From NCBI GenBank assembly GCA_019637155.1, contig JAHBWE010000017.1:147627-211626 (forward strand): 64,000 nucleotides of DNA, given 5' to 3'. Each line of letters opens with the position of its first letter. The stretch's first letter is position 1. The stretch is from Labilithrix sp. (GTDB lineage Bacteria > Myxococcota_A > Polyangia > Polyangiales > Polyangiaceae). The notes below the pieces were generated by a model, which made no database searches, had not been told where the DNA came from, and saw only the letters and a program-made list of their open reading frames with translations. This document shows, one piece after another, positions 19,181-28,687 of this stretch. The position numbers and the translations under genes were made by a program.

Positions 19181-20470
19181 TCAACGGCCGGGGCCAAGGA
19201 GGAACGCGAGCGCCTTCGGGAGGCGGGTGCTCCACGAATCGCCGTGGTGCCTTCCGCTCGGATCGACCACCGTCATCAGCGTCGTGCCCTTCGCGTACCC
19301 CATCGTGAGGAGCGCCGCCTCGAGCCGCGCTTGCTTCTCGGCGGACGGCATGAGCTCCGCGAACTTGGCGTCGGGCGCGTCGGCGCGCTCGTCCTCGCCG
19401 GTGTCGGTGTAGATGCGGGCCGCCGTCTTCGGTCCGAGCTCGAGGCCGCGCGCGCGCGTGACGACGACCTCCTTGTCCCAGTAGGTGGCGATGGAGAGAC
19501 CGGCGACGGCCCCGAACGTGTCACCTTCGAAGAGCCCCGCCCAGACGCTGATGAGACCACCGAGCGACGAGCCGAGCATGAACGTGTGCTCGCGATCGGC
19601 CAGCGTGCGAAGCCTCTCGTTCACGACCGGCCTGAGCTCGTCGACGATCATGCGGAGGTACTGCGGCCCCTGCCCGGTCCCCGTCGTCTCGGCGAAGGCG
19701 TCGTCGGGCGTGGGAGAGTACTCCTTCACCCGATCGGGGATCGGATCGCGCGGGTCGAGCACGATGTTGAGATCGATGCCGATGACGATCGCCTCTGGAA
19801 TTCGACCGGCGGCGATCTCCGCGTTCATCGTCGTCTCGGTCTTGAAGCTGCCGAAGGACGCCTTCGCGAGCGAGTCCTCGAGCGGCGCCATGTTCCGCTC
19901 GAAGATGATCTGACCGTCGTGCATGTAGATGACCGGGTAGCGCTTCGCCGTGTTCTCTCGATAGCTGGGCGGCGTGTACATGCGAACGCCGTGGGTGTTC
20001 TTCAGGACGCGCGACGCGAAGGCATCGGCGAAGCCGGCGAGCGTCCCCGTCTCGTGGTCGAACCACGGGTAGACCTCGACCGACTGCCCCGGCTCCACGA
20101 CGTAGGGCGGCCCCTTGGCCGGGCTCCCGTCGCGCGTCGGCCGGAACGCGACCGGCTCGCGAACGTCTTCGAGCGTCAGCTCCCAGACGTCGTCCTCCAC
20201 CGCGGTCAGCGCTCCGAGATCGCCGCCACCGTCCGCCGCGAGCGCGATCGTCGCTCCGCCCGCGGGGTAATGGATGCGGATGCGCCCCGAGCTCGCGGGG
20301 AGCGGCTCCTCGGCGGGGGCTCGCGGCGCGTCGCCGGACGCGGCCCTCCCATCCTTCTCCGGTGACGAGCGATCGAGACGCGTGCGCTCACCGTCGGACA
20401 CGACCCCGCAGCCCGCGAGGACCGCACAGAGCGTCAAGGAGCCGAGAAACCTGCACGAAGAGCTCGTCAT
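19181..20470 (-). CDS. Alpha/beta-hydrolase, putative esterase family lipoprotein
   Basis: Lipobox: LTLCAVLAGCG. Esterase-D/enterochelin-esterase-like core: YPVIYMHDGQ...TFMLGSSLGGLISV (GxSxG). Confidence 0.8.
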   Translation of the reverse strand: MTSSSCRFLGSLTLCAVLAGCGVVSDGERTRLDRSSPEKDGRAASGDAPRAPAEEPLPASSGRIRIHYPAGGATIALAADGGGDLGALTAVEDDVWELTLEDVREPVAFRPTRDGSPAKGPPYVVEPGQSVEVYPWFDHETGTLAGFADAFASRVLKNTHGVRMYTPPSYRENTAKRYPVIYMHDGQIIFERNMAPLEDSLAKASFGSFKTETTMNAEIAAGRIPEAIVIGIDLNIVLDPRDPIPDRVKEYSPTPDDAFAETTGTGQGPQYLRMIVDELRPVVNERLRTLADREHTFMLGSSLGGLISVWAGLFEGDTFGAVAGLSIATYWDKEVVVTRARGLELGPKTAARIYTDTGEDERADAPDAKFAELMPSAEKQARLEAALLTMGYAKGTTLMTVVDPSGRHHGDSWSTRLPKALAFLLGPGR

Positions 20471-20575
20471 GCCTCTCGTATGGGCAACGCCCGTGCCGTG
20501 CACGCTGGAGCGGTCCGCTCGAAGCGCGAGCGGCTTCGACGCTCGCGTCTGACAACGAATCCGTACACCGATCCG

Positions 20576-21943
20576 TCAGAGGCATTCGGGCTTCACGACC
20601 CGGATGCCGGTGGCGTCTTCGATGTAGGGCGGGTCGCAGCTTCGCTTCGCGGGCTTGAGCCGTGTCGCCGGAGCCCGCGCCGACGCCGGCGCCGGCGCCG
20701 ACGGAGCCGGCGCGGAGGACGACGCGCGCTCCGGGAGGGACACGGCCGGCGACGCCGCCGGCGCGACGGCGGCGACCGACGAGCTCGGCGCCGCGATCGG
20801 CGTCGAGCGCGGCATGAGTCGCGCACCGGCGACGGCGAGCCCGACGAGGAGCGCGACGACGACCGCGAGACGAAGAGGCCACTTCGCACGAGGAGGCGAC
20901 GCGACCGGGCTCGGCGCCGCGAGCTCGACCGGCGGGTCTCGAAGCGGCTTCGGCGTCTCGCGCGTCACCGCGGTCGCGGTCGCGGTCGCGAGGCGCTCGG
21001 CGCGCTCGGCGAGCTGACCCGCCGCGACCTCCTCGACCCACTCCGCGACCTCGCTCGCGAGCGCGACCGGCCCGTGCGTCTCCAGCGCGTTGGCCATCTC
21101 GCGCGCGGTCTGGAAACGTGCGGCCGGATCGCGCGCGAGGCCGCGCAGCACGAGCGCGTCGAGCCCTTCGTCGATCTCCGGAACGCGGCTGCGCGGCCCG
21201 AGGACGGGCGCCTCCAACACCTTCGCCATCATCGCGCCGCTGTTGCTCGCCGCGAAGAGACGCTCGCCCGTGAGGCACTCCCAGAGGACCACCGACGCCG
21301 CGTAGACGTCGGTCTGCGGCCCCACCTCCCCGTCGAGCAACTGCTCGGGCGCCATGTACGCGAGCTTTCCCTTGATCTGATCGCCGGTGGTGGCGTGGAG
21401 CCGGTTCGCCGCCTTCGCGATCCCGAAGTCGAGGATGCGGGCGAGGCCGTCGCTGCCGACGAGGATGTTCTGAGGCGAGACGTCCCGATGGACGATCTGG
21501 AGCGGAGCGCCGTCCTCGTTCGTCGCCGTGTGCGCGGCGTGAAGACCGTAGAGGACGTCGCTGGCGAGCCGGAGCGCGATCTTCGGCGGAACACGCGCCC
21601 CGCGCGGCAGGTACGTGCGCAAGAGGCTCGCGAGCGAAGCGCCGGCGACGTACTCCATGACGAGGAGCAGCTCGCCGTCCTCCGCGACCGCGTCGAGCGT
21701 CGCGATCACGTTCGGGTGATGGATCTGCGCGGCGAGCCGGGCCTCGTCGACGAACATCTCGACGAAGCTCGCCTCGCGCGAATACTGCGGATGAAGACGC
21801 TTGATCGCGACGACGCGCGCGAAACCGGCGTCGCCGACGATTCGCCCGAAGTGGACGGCGCCCATCCCGCCGGAGGCGAGCTCACCGAAGATCTCGTAGC
21901 GCCCGATGCGTCGCTCCGGCGCGCCCTGTCGTTGCGCGCGCAT
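20576..21943 (-). CDS. Serine/threonine protein kinase with C-terminal TM and extracytoplasmic tail
   Basis: Hanks motifs: GELASGGMGAVHFG, VAIK, HRDVSPQNILV, DFGIAK, APE. A TM helix (LAVVVALLVGLAVAG) follows. I trimmed the start to the ATG at 21943. Confidence 0.85.
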   Translation of the reverse strand: MRAQRQGAPERRIGRYEIFGELASGGMGAVHFGRIVGDAGFARVVAIKRLHPQYSREASFVEMFVDEARLAAQIHHPNVIATLDAVAEDGELLLVMEYVAGASLASLLRTYLPRGARVPPKIALRLASDVLYGLHAAHTATNEDGAPLQIVHRDVSPQNILVGSDGLARILDFGIAKAANRLHATTGDQIKGKLAYMAPEQLLDGEVGPQTDVYAASVVLWECLTGERLFAASNSGAMMAKVLEAPVLGPRSRVPEIDEGLDALVLRGLARDPAARFQTAREMANALETHGPVALASEVAEWVEEVAAGQLAERAERLATATATAVTRETPKPLRDPPVELAAPSPVASPPRAKWPLRLAVVVALLVGLAVAGARLMPRSTPIAAPSSSVAAVAPAASPAVSLPERASSSAPAPSAPAPASARAPATRLKPAKRSCDPPYIEDATGIRVVKPECL

Positions 21944-21972
21944 CGCGGCGGCGGGGGTTCGAATCAGCTCGC

Positions 21973-22794
21973 TCAAGGCAACCTCGCCTGGACGGCGAGG
22001 CCACCGGGCAGCGGCACGAGGACCGCTTGCGCGCGCGCGGCGGAGAAGGACGGCCAGAGGAAGGCGGCGAGTGCCATGGAGACGACGCCGGCGCCGGCGA
22101 GGACGCCGGACGTCCACCAGAGCGTCTTGATCGTCGTGACGTCCGAAGCGGCGCACGACGGCGCGCAGGTGTCGCGCAGGTCCGCGCGCTGCAGATGCCC
22201 CATCGTCGTGAGCACGCCCGCGGTCGCGAGGAGCCCGATCCCCGCCGCGCCGAGCGCGAGCGAAGGCGTCCGACTGGGCCGCTCCACCGGCGGCCGCGCC
22301 GGCGGCGGCGCGGGCAGATCGATCAACGCGGCGACGAGACGATCATGCTCCGCCGGCTTCAGCGTCAGCCGCACCTCCTCCGAGGTGGAGTCGCCTCGCT
22401 CGAAACGAAAGACGTGATCGCCCGGCTCGAGCGTCATCGCCTCGGCGGGGACGACCGCCGCGATCTTCGTTCCATCCATCACGACGCTCGCGTCGATGAC
22501 GGGACGACCTCGTCGATCGCGCAAGCTGAAACGCACCGTCGGCATGAGCGCGTCGATCTCGTGGAGCCAGGCCTTGCAGTCCTTCGTCAGCGCGGCCGGG
22601 CACGTCTCGAGACAGGTCTCGAGGTCGGCGCGCGCGGCGACGATGTCGCCGTCGCGCTTCGTCCGCTGCGCACCTTCATACGAGGCCTTGCATCGCGCCT
22701 TGTTGCTCTCCGCGCTCGCGATCCCGGAGAACGACGCGATCCCGGAGAACGAGACCAGGACGAGCAACGCCGTGCACGATCGGTTGCGGCTCAC
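21973..22794 (-). CDS. Secreted/membrane protein with PEGA-like domain
   Basis: The GTG start overlaps the TGA of the upstream sigma54 activator (GAGTGAGC). Signal peptide: CTALLVLVSFSGIASFSGIASA, containing an 18-bp tandem duplication. PEGA-like block: VVMDGTKIAAVVPAEAMTLEPGDHVFRFERGDSTSEEVRL. Two C-terminal TM helices. Confidence 0.55.
   Translation of the reverse strand: MSRNRSCTALLVLVSFSGIASFSGIASAESNKARCKASYEGAQRTKRDGDIVAARADLETCLETCPAALTKDCKAWLHEIDALMPTVRFSLRDRRGRPVIDASVVMDGTKIAAVVPAEAMTLEPGDHVFRFERGDSTSEEVRLTLKPAEHDRLVAALIDLPAPPPARPPVERPSRTPSLALGAAGIGLLATAGVLTTMGHLQRADLRDTCAPSCAASDVTTIKTLWWTSGVLAGAGVVSMALAAFLWPSFSAARAQAVLVPLPGGLAVQARLP
22718..22753. repeat. 18-bp tandem duplication (17/18 identical) inside the signal-peptide coding region
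   Basis: gcgatcccggagaacgac / gcgatcccggagaacgag, encoding SFSGIA-SFSGIA on the minus strand. Confidence 0.8.
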
Positions 22795-24119
22795 TCCTCG
22801 TCGTCCCGGCGCATGCCGTAGCGATGGAGCAGGCGATAGAAGAACTGCCGCGTCACCCCCGATGCGTTCGCTGCCACCGCCACCCTCCCGCCGTTCTCTT
22901 GGAGCCTCTTTCGAAGGTACGCGCAGTCGAAGCTCTCGAGGACACGATCGCGAGCATCGAGATACGGGAGCTCGAAGAGCTCGGGGTGCGGACGCGAGGT
23001 CTCCGCGGCGCCGACCGTGTCGAACGCCTCCGCGCCGAGCTCTGGAAACGTCACGAGCCGTAGCAAGACGTTGTTCAGCTCCCTCACGTTGCCGGGGAAA
23101 TCGTACGAGCGAAGCATGCGCATCGCGTTCGGAGGCAAGTCCGCGATCGTCCGCGGCGGGGAGAGGCGCGCGAGGAACAACTCGATGAGGAGCTCGAGGT
23201 CTTCCCCGCGATCGCGCAGCGGCGGCACGGAGACCTCGACCACCGCGAGGCGGTAGAACAGGTCTTCGCGGAAGGTCCCGCTTCGCATCCCGGCGCGGAG
23301 ATCGCGGTGGGTCGCGGCGATGACGCGCGCGTCGAACGGCACGTAGGCGTTGGCGCCGACGCGCCGAAATTGCTTCGACTCGAGGACGCGCAAGAGCCGC
23401 GGTTGCAAGTCGAGCGGCAGCTCTCCGATCTCGTCGAGGAAGAGCGTGCCGCCCCGCGCCGACTCGAGGACGCCGGCGCGATCCGTCGCGCCGGTGAAGG
23501 CTCCACGAACGGATCCGAAGAGCTCCGACTCGACGAGGCTCGGAGCGACCGCGCCGCAATCGAAGATGACGAACGGACCGTCTTTGCGCGGGCTGTTCGC
23601 GTGGATCCCCGCGGCGAGGAGCTCCTTGCCCGTGCCCGACTCGCCCCGAAGGAAGATGGTCTCCTTCAGCGCCGCGGCCCGCGCGAGCTTGGCGAAGAGG
23701 GCGCGCATGACGGTCGATCCTCCGACGACGTCGCCGAATCGGGCGTTGACGGAGAGCTCGACGAGCGTGGGGCTCCCGGTCGCACGCACCACGAGCTGCA
23801 CGCCGCCCGCGCTGACGAACACGTCGGGAGCGAACAGCACCTCACGCACCCGGACGTCTCCGACGAACGTCCCGTTCTTGCTCCCCAGATCGCGCAACAC
23901 GAGCCCGTCCTCCGACACCTGCATCGAGCAGTGACGCCGCGAGACGCGACGGTCGTCGAGGATCAAGTCGCACTCGGGGCCGCTGCCGATCGTCACCGGC
24001 TCGAGACCGAGCGGAATGGACTGGTCGGAGGAAGCGCCCACCACCTCGAGCCGCAGCGACGGGAGGAGGGCCGCGTCGGGACGCATCACGGTGACGGTCG
24101 GAATGTCTCTCGTGGACAC
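22791..24119 (-). CDS. Sigma54-dependent transcriptional activator with N-terminal FHA domain (NtrC-family AAA+ plus Fis HTH)
   Basis: FHA: VTIGSGPECDLILDDRRVSRRHCSMQV...GSKNGTFV. AAA+ motifs: LRGESGTGKELLA, GAFTGA, GTLFLDEIGELPL, and ESELFG (the GAFTGA region). C-terminal HTH. The longest frame starts with GTG; an ATG at 24086 is an alternative. Confidence 0.9.
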   Translation of the reverse strand: MSTRDIPTVTVMRPDAALLPSLRLEVVGASSDQSIPLGLEPVTIGSGPECDLILDDRRVSRRHCSMQVSEDGLVLRDLGSKNGTFVGDVRVREVLFAPDVFVSAGGVQLVVRATGSPTLVELSVNARFGDVVGGSTVMRALFAKLARAAALKETIFLRGESGTGKELLAAGIHANSPRKDGPFVIFDCGAVAPSLVESELFGSVRGAFTGATDRAGVLESARGGTLFLDEIGELPLDLQPRLLRVLESKQFRRVGANAYVPFDARVIAATHRDLRAGMRSGTFREDLFYRLAVVEVSVPPLRDRGEDLELLIELFLARLSPPRTIADLPPNAMRMLRSYDFPGNVRELNNVLLRLVTFPELGAEAFDTVGAAETSRPHPELFELPYLDARDRVLESFDCAYLRKRLQENGGRVAVAANASGVTRQFFYRLLHRYGMRRDDEE

Positions 24120-24184
24120 GACGAAGCGCTGCCTCTACGCGGTGGGTGTCATGACGAGCCACGTGATGTGGCCGGCGCGGACCA

Positions 24185-24829
24185 TCACATTGTAGAAGGC
24201 AATCTGCCGCCCATCCTCGCGAACGTCTTCGTCTGCGTCGCGCTCGGCGTGCCCACCGCGTCCAGGTAGTAGGCCACGGTCTCGGGCGCCTTCGGCTCGG
24301 CCTGAACCGTCACTCCCGCCAGGGGCGCCTCATCGCAGTCCAACGTCGCAACGAACACGTGACCATGGTCCGGACTGACGATGTCTCCGACCAGCGCCGC
24401 GAGCTCCGATTTCGTCGGCAGCGAGAACGTTCGGATCTCGTTCTTGGGCGCGCTCTTGTCGGGAACGGGGAGGGCGTAAATGATGCCGGGGACGAGGTCC
24501 GGCTGGGTCGGGGGCGCTTCGATCTCGAGGAATCCGCGAAAGCCGCTCGTCAGCGAGATGTCGAGGCGCCCCGTCTCGTCCGTGCGCGCCGGGACGTCGA
24601 CGGGTGAGGTGCAGGCGGCGTCGAACACGTCGCACGCCTTGATCGGCACTCCGACGAGCGGCGGATTCGGCGGAACGAGCCGGCGAAGGTGCACCCTGTA
24701 CGGGACCACGACCGGCTCGATCGGCGTCTCTCGTCCGAGGCACGCCCAGGGCCCGCGCTCGCCGCCCGTGAGCCCGCTCAGATCGCACGAGCTCCCGAGG
24801 ATGGAGACGAGAGCGACGAGGATCTTCAT
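24185..24829 (-). CDS. Hypothetical lipoprotein
   Basis: MKILVALVSILGSSC lipobox, with a GGGGGC RBS-like stretch upstream. I trimmed the start to the ATG at 24829. Confidence 0.5.
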   Translation of the reverse strand: MKILVALVSILGSSCDLSGLTGGERGPWACLGRETPIEPVVVPYRVHLRRLVPPNPPLVGVPIKACDVFDAACTSPVDVPARTDETGRLDISLTSGFRGFLEIEAPPTQPDLVPGIIYALPVPDKSAPKNEIRTFSLPTKSELAALVGDIVSPDHGHVFVATLDCDEAPLAGVTVQAEPKAPETVAYYLDAVGTPSATQTKTFARMGGRLPSTM

Positions 24830-24898
24830 GCCCCCGGAGCCGTTGCGCCGAAACCACATCGGTGAGCACAACGTACCATCTCGCCGCGCGGCCCAGCG

Positions 24899-26095
24899 CT
24901 AGCGCGTGCGGCGAACGAGGGACCATCCGAACGGGAGCAAGAGCGCGTTGACGGCGGCGGCGACGAGGTAAGGGGTCGCGAGCGAGCCGGCGAAGAGCGC
25001 GCTGCCGGCGAGCGGTCCGAGCGCGCCGCCGATGTCCGACGCGACCTGCAGCGCGCCGATGCCGAGGCCGCGGCGCTCGGGGGGAACGATGCGCCCGAGG
25101 AGCGCGAGCAGCGACGGGCCCATCCCCGCGACCCCGACGCCGAGGATCCCCATCCCGAGCGCGACGGTCGGGACGCGCACCGCGAAGGCGAGCACGACGA
25201 GGCCCGGGATCGTGAAGAGGAGCCCCGCGAGCGCGACCTCGGCGTGGACGTCCTTCTTGTCGCCGAGGCGGCCGAGCCACGGCATCGCCGCCGCCTCGGT
25301 CACGACGAGCCAGCCCATGAGCACGCTCGACGTCGCGCGCTCGGGAAGACCGAACGCGGAGAGCCGCTCGACGTGGACGAGGAGCGCGACGGTGGTGAGC
25401 ACCACGCCCGACCCCGCGAACGCGCTCGCGAACCCGAGCGCGCCGAGCGCGGCGAGGCGGGCGTTCGCCATCTCCCGCAGCGCGCGGACGACCGGCGTGC
25501 GCGGCGCCGCCTGCACGCGGAGATCGGGGACGAGCGCGAACGTCGTGATCGCGGAGAGCGCCACGCCCGCGGCGCCGGCGGCGAAGGTCACGACCTCGTT
25601 CGAGAGATCGGCGAGGAAGCCCGCGCTCACGAGGCCGATCGGGACGCCGAGCTGGATCGCGGCGCGCACGGCGCCGGCGACGCGGCCCGCGTGCGTGGGG
25701 CCGCCGCCGTGGAGCGCGAGCGCCTGCGCGGCGATGAACACGCCGGCGCCGCCCATTCCGTGGAGGACCCGGCCCACGAGGAAGAACGTGCCGGGGTACG
25801 CCGTCGTCACGCCGAAGACGAAGGCGATCATCCCCGCGGCCTGGAGGAGGAGGCCCGCGATCATCGCGCGGCGGCCGCCGAAGCGATCGATGAGCGAGCC
25901 GACGCTCGGGCTCACGAGCACGCGGACGATGCGGTTCGCCGCGAGCACGAGGCCGATGAACGCGACCGGCAAGCCGACCCGCATCCCGACGCTCGGGAGG
26001 ATCGGGAACGCCATCCCCGCCGACACGCCCGCGAGCATCACCGGCGGCGCGAGGGCGACGATCATGCGGCCCGGGGTCGTCGCGTGCTCGTCCAT
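24899..26095 (-). CDS. MFS transporter
   Basis: Twelve predicted TM segments. Motif A-like: GSLIDRFGGRR. Confidence 0.8.
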   Translation of the reverse strand: MDEHATTPGRMIVALAPPVMLAGVSAGMAFPILPSVGMRVGLPVAFIGLVLAANRIVRVLVSPSVGSLIDRFGGRRAMIAGLLLQAAGMIAFVFGVTTAYPGTFFLVGRVLHGMGGAGVFIAAQALALHGGGPTHAGRVAGAVRAAIQLGVPIGLVSAGFLADLSNEVVTFAAGAAGVALSAITTFALVPDLRVQAAPRTPVVRALREMANARLAALGALGFASAFAGSGVVLTTVALLVHVERLSAFGLPERATSSVLMGWLVVTEAAAMPWLGRLGDKKDVHAEVALAGLLFTIPGLVVLAFAVRVPTVALGMGILGVGVAGMGPSLLALLGRIVPPERRGLGIGALQVASDIGGALGPLAGSALFAGSLATPYLVAAAVNALLLPFGWSLVRRTR

Positions 26096-26113
26096 CGGGA
26101 TCGGGAATCGGAG

Positions 26114-28336
26114 TCAGAAGAGCGAGGTCTGCGTGCCCGCGATGCGCGCGAACGACGTGTCGAGGAAGGGGAGGATCACGTCGCACACCGGCGCGAGCTG
26201 CTTCTCGAGGTAGTGACCGTAGTCGATCGGCGCGGCGCGGGCGGCGGCGGGCTCGAGGCCGCGCGTCGTCATCACGAGCACGAGCTCCTCCGCGACGTCG
26301 TTCTCCTTCTTTCGCTTGTGATAGACGAGCTCGGCGTCGAGCTTGCCCGCCTCGAGGTCACGCGCGGTCTCGAGGAGCCACGCGTCGAACGGCTCGTCCT
26401 CGAAGACGCGGCGCAGGAGCTCGAGCTGCACGCGGCGCGCGAGCGGGGTCCAGTCGCGCCGCACCGCCTCGAGCCCGCGCACGACGACGGAGCGCGCGCC
26501 GTCCGGCGCCTTCCGCACCGCGCCCGCGTAGCGCTTCTTCGATCCGCGATCGGAGTTGCGGAGGGTCGGCATCAAGAACCGCTCGTAGCGCGACTCGAAC
26601 CGGAGCTCGAGGAAGCTCTCGAGGCGATGCTCCGCGCGGACCTCGGTCGCGAGCCGCGCGGTGAGCTCCGCCGCGAGCGCGGGCCCCGCCGCGGGATCGC
26701 CGCCCGCGACGAAGAGCGAGTCGGTGTCACCGTAGATGACGGTGAGCCCGCGCTCCTCGAAGAAGCGCCCCGCGCGCGAGAGGATCGCGTGCCCGCGCCG
26801 CGTGATCGAGGTGGGGAGCCGCGGATCGAAGAAGCGGCAGCCCGGCGTGCCGAGGACGCCGTAGAACGAGTTCATCAGGATCTTGATCGCGCGCGAGAGG
26901 GCGGCGTTCTCCGAGGCGATCGCGGCGCTGCGCGCGTCGTGCAAGCTCGCGATGAGCGCGGGCAGGATCGCGCCCTCGCGCGCGAACGTCGCGCCCTCCT
27001 CGCCCGCGACCGGATCCGCGCCCGGTTGGGCGAGGCCGAGCGGATCGATCTGGAAGGTGCGGATGATGCTCGGATAGAGGCTGCGGAAGTCGAAGGAGAG
27101 GACGTCGTGGTAGAGCCCCGGCGCCGAGTCGAGGACGTGGCCGCCGGGGCTCGGCAGGATCTCGACGTCGGCGTCGACGTCGCGCGCGACGAAGCCGCGG
27201 CGATGGACGCGCGGGAGGTAGAGGTGATCGAACGCGGCGACGGAGCCGCCCTGCCGGTCCATCGGCAGCCCGGTCAGGCGCGCGCGCTCCACCGCGAACC
27301 CGACGAGGTCGGCGGCGCGGAAGACGTCGAGGACGAGACGGCAGTCCTCGAGGTTGTAGTCGACGAGCGCGTCCGGCTCCTCGGCGTGGAGGCGCCGGAT
27401 CTCGGCGACGGGGTCGACCGCGGCCGCGATCTTCTTGCCGCGGCCGAGGAGCTCCTGGCTCACGACCTCGAGCGTGTACCGATCGAACGAGTACGTCGCC
27501 GACTTCAACGTCGCGATCCCGTCGAGGACGACGCGCCCCGGGACGCGCCCGATCGACGCGCGGCCGGTCGTGCTCGCGATCACGCGCGCGCGCTCGCCGC
27601 CGCGTCCGATCGCGAAGGGGACGCCGAGCTCCTGCGCGCGTCGATCGAGGAGCGCGAGGTCGAACTCGAGCACGTTCCAGCCGCACACGACGTCGGGATC
27701 GATCCGCGCGATCTCGGCGAAGAGGCGGACGAGGAGCGCGCGCTCGTCGGGCACCACGATCGCGGCGGCGTGCGTGACCGGACGCGCGGGGCTCCGCACG
27801 AAGACGCGCTCTTCGGCGCCGGTCGCGATCGCGGCGGAGAGGAGCGGGCCGCCGAAGCCGTCGGTCTCGACGTCGAGCGCGAGGAGCGAGAGCGCGGGGC
27901 GGAGCTCCGCCGCGGTGACGCGCGCGCCGCGATCGAAGTAGAGGACGCCGCTCCGCTCGCGGCAGGGGCCTTCGATCGCGAGGCCGCCGGTCACGAAGCG
28001 CTCCATCACCCAGCGATCGGACGGCTTCACGTCGGACTCGAGCGTCTCGAACCCGGCCTCGCGGATCCGGTCGCGCTCGTCCCACATCGCGCGGCGCGAG
28101 CGGAAGTACAGCGCGTCGATCGGGCGCCCGTCGAAGGTCGTGAGGTCGCGCGCGACGCGGCGCCCCGCGCGCGTGACGGCGTCGCGCGGCACGAACATCA
28201 CCGCCTCCTGCCGCGGCACGCGGAGGCGGACGGGCCCGTCGGCGCTCTTCGCCCAGAGGACGAGGTCGATGCCGTCGTCCGCGTCGCGCCACTCCCGTGA
28301 GAGCAGGAACGCTTCGACTCGGCGCACCTCGGGCAT
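26114..28336 (-). CDS. polB: DNA polymerase II (family B, PolB)
   Basis: N-terminus matches E. coli Pol II (FLLSREWRD). Exo I: LDVETDGF. Pol motifs: SLYPSII, KILMNSFYG, YGDTDS. I trimmed the start to the ATG at 28336; the alternative ATG is at 28357. Confidence 0.9.
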   Translation of the reverse strand: MPEVRRVEAFLLSREWRDADDGIDLVLWAKSADGPVRLRVPRQEAVMFVPRDAVTRAGRRVARDLTTFDGRPIDALYFRSRRAMWDERDRIREAGFETLESDVKPSDRWVMERFVTGGLAIEGPCRERSGVLYFDRGARVTAAELRPALSLLALDVETDGFGGPLLSAAIATGAEERVFVRSPARPVTHAAAIVVPDERALLVRLFAEIARIDPDVVCGWNVLEFDLALLDRRAQELGVPFAIGRGGERARVIASTTGRASIGRVPGRVVLDGIATLKSATYSFDRYTLEVVSQELLGRGKKIAAAVDPVAEIRRLHAEEPDALVDYNLEDCRLVLDVFRAADLVGFAVERARLTGLPMDRQGGSVAAFDHLYLPRVHRRGFVARDVDADVEILPSPGGHVLDSAPGLYHDVLSFDFRSLYPSIIRTFQIDPLGLAQPGADPVAGEEGATFAREGAILPALIASLHDARSAAIASENAALSRAIKILMNSFYGVLGTPGCRFFDPRLPTSITRRGHAILSRAGRFFEERGLTVIYGDTDSLFVAGGDPAAGPALAAELTARLATEVRAEHRLESFLELRFESRYERFLMPTLRNSDRGSKKRYAGAVRKAPDGARSVVVRGLEAVRRDWTPLARRVQLELLRRVFEDEPFDAWLLETARDLEAGKLDAELVYHKRKKENDVAEELVLVMTTRGLEPAAARAAPIDYGHYLEKQLAPVCDVILPFLDTSFARIAGTQTSLF

Positions 28337-28342
28337 CGCGCG

Positions 28343-28687
28343 ATGAAGCTGTATCATGGCGCGGTCATGGAGCTCGACGCGCTGCGCGTCCTCGTCGTCG
28401 ATTGCCAGACGAGCGGCGCCACGCCGGCGCACGGCGACCTCCTCGAGCTCGGCTGGGCGGTGACGGACGCGCGCGCCTCGCTGCTCCCCGCCCGCGCCGC
28501 GAGCGCCGACCCCACCGCGAGAGGCGACCCCACCGCGCCGCGCCCGCCCTCGCGCCGCGCGCGCATCGCGGCGTTCGACGCGAGCCGGTACGATCGGCTC
28601 CGCGTCCTCGCGACCGAGCTCCGCCGCGTCGCGAAGGAAGGCGGCGCGGCCGAGGTCCGCGTCGGCCGTCACGTCGTGCCGTTGTAG
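28343..28687 (+). CDS. Small ORF with a degenerate DEDD-exonuclease-like N-terminus (uncertain, possible remnant)
   Basis: Very high GC3 that is not explained by any antisense gene. LRVLVVDCQTSGATPAHGDLLELGWAV resembles the DnaQ Exo I motif, with D-x-Q in place of D-x-E, followed by low-complexity sequence. It overlaps the polB start divergently. Confidence 0.3.
   Translation: MKLYHGAVMELDALRVLVVDCQTSGATPAHGDLLELGWAVTDARASLLPARAASADPTARGDPTAPRPPSRRARIAAFDASRYDRLRVLATELRRVAKEGGAAEVRVGRHVVPL

Noticed and set aside
26727-28292. 521-aa minus-strand ORF in an alternative frame inside polB
   Set aside because: Arg/Pro-rich junk in a frame overlapping the motif-confirmed Pol II frame.
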